Shown here: piece by piece, positions 63,212-64,000 of the stretch | How positions within the stretch are numbered: position 1 is the first letter of the stretch | Layout: each line of letters begins with the position of its first letter | Assembly (NCBI RefSeq): GCF_964213995.1 | Contig: NW_027590365.1 | Coordinates: 186,001-250,000, forward strand | DNA length: 64,000 bases | DNA from: Mustelus asterias | Lineage: Eukaryota | Direction of reading: 5' to 3' | Translations under genes and position numbers: made by a program | The notes under the pieces: generated by a model | The model's input: only the letters and a program-made list of their open reading frames with translations | Told to the model about the DNA's origin: nothing | Databases searched by the model: none

Positions 63212-63478
63212 AGGTTTACAACATGGAAACAGGCCCTTCGGCCCAACTTGTCCATTCCGCTCAGTTTTTACCACTAAGCTAGTCCCAATTGCCCGTATTT
63301 TGCCCATATCCCTCTATACCCATCTTACCCATGTAACTGTCTAAATGCTTTTTAAAAGACAGAATTGCACCCACCTCTACCACTGCCTCTGGCAACTTGT
63401 TCCAGACACTCACCACCATCTGAGTGAAAAATTGCCCCTCTGGACCCTTTTGTATCTCTCCCCTCTCACTTTAAACCT
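63212..63478 (-). mobile_element. CR1 3' fragment
   Basis: RFKVRGERYK..NF; tail with ggcccttcggccc. Confidence 0.7.
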
Positions 63479-64000
63479 AAAACTAAGAACAAGAAATGTA
63501 TCGATAAAATGATTAGAGAATAGAGCCAACGTTTTGAGTCTGAATGATGCTTCATGAGAGCTGTTATGAAGGGTCATCCAGGATTGAAACTTTGGCTCCA
63601 TTCTTCACAGGTGCTGTCAGACCCGCTGAGATTTTCCAGCATTTTGTGTTTTTGTTTCAGATTCCAGTATCTGCAGTATTTTACTCTTCTGATGAAATGA
63701 TTAGTTCTGATTGGAATCCCCATGACCCTCCTTCAAAACAGAGGGAGTGGTGGCAGAAGGAGAAAAATGATAAGGATGATAAAGTCTGGGTTCTGATTCT
63801 CCGAGCCCATGAAGAATTAACAAAATGAGTGAACCAGTTTATAAAGAACAGAAGTTACCCATCCCTAACAAAAACTGATCAAATTAAAATAATTAGGTTG
63901 AGGAAGAGAACAAAAGAATTCATAGATAAAGTTTAAAATCAACTTTGTTTTGTTGTTAGAGAAGTTTTTAAAAATTATGTAAAGTGATGTAACTGTGTGC

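Overview
Eukaryotic, repeat-rich DNA, most likely from a shark or other elasmobranch (inferred from HE1/V-SINE-type SINEs, esterase-ORF1 CR1 LINEs and Neptune-type Penelope elements). The window is a cluster of nine C2H2 zinc-finger (ZNF) units, labelled here A, B, C, D', D, E, F, G and H. Five have intact ORFs (A, B, C, F, H), two are frameshifted (D, E) and two are fragments (D', G). They were built by direct and inverted segmental duplication and encode zinc fingers only, with no KRAB/SCAN/BTB domain visible. Their ATG lies inside a former TGEKP linker ('TMEKPW'), behind about three dead fingers and an in-frame stop that is conserved 12 codons upstream. Head-to-head pairs share a mirror-symmetric CpG promoter/exon-1 cassette. 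A Tx1-like LINE 3' end sits at the same nucleotide of that exon 1 in three paralogs. An intact full-length CR1 lies in sense just upstream of ZNF-H, which has lost its own promoter. Penelope-derived fold-back insertions carry minimal hammerhead-ribozyme motifs and TSDs, and one Penelope insertion carries a U2-snRNA-like head. All alignments were done by eye and boundaries are approximate.
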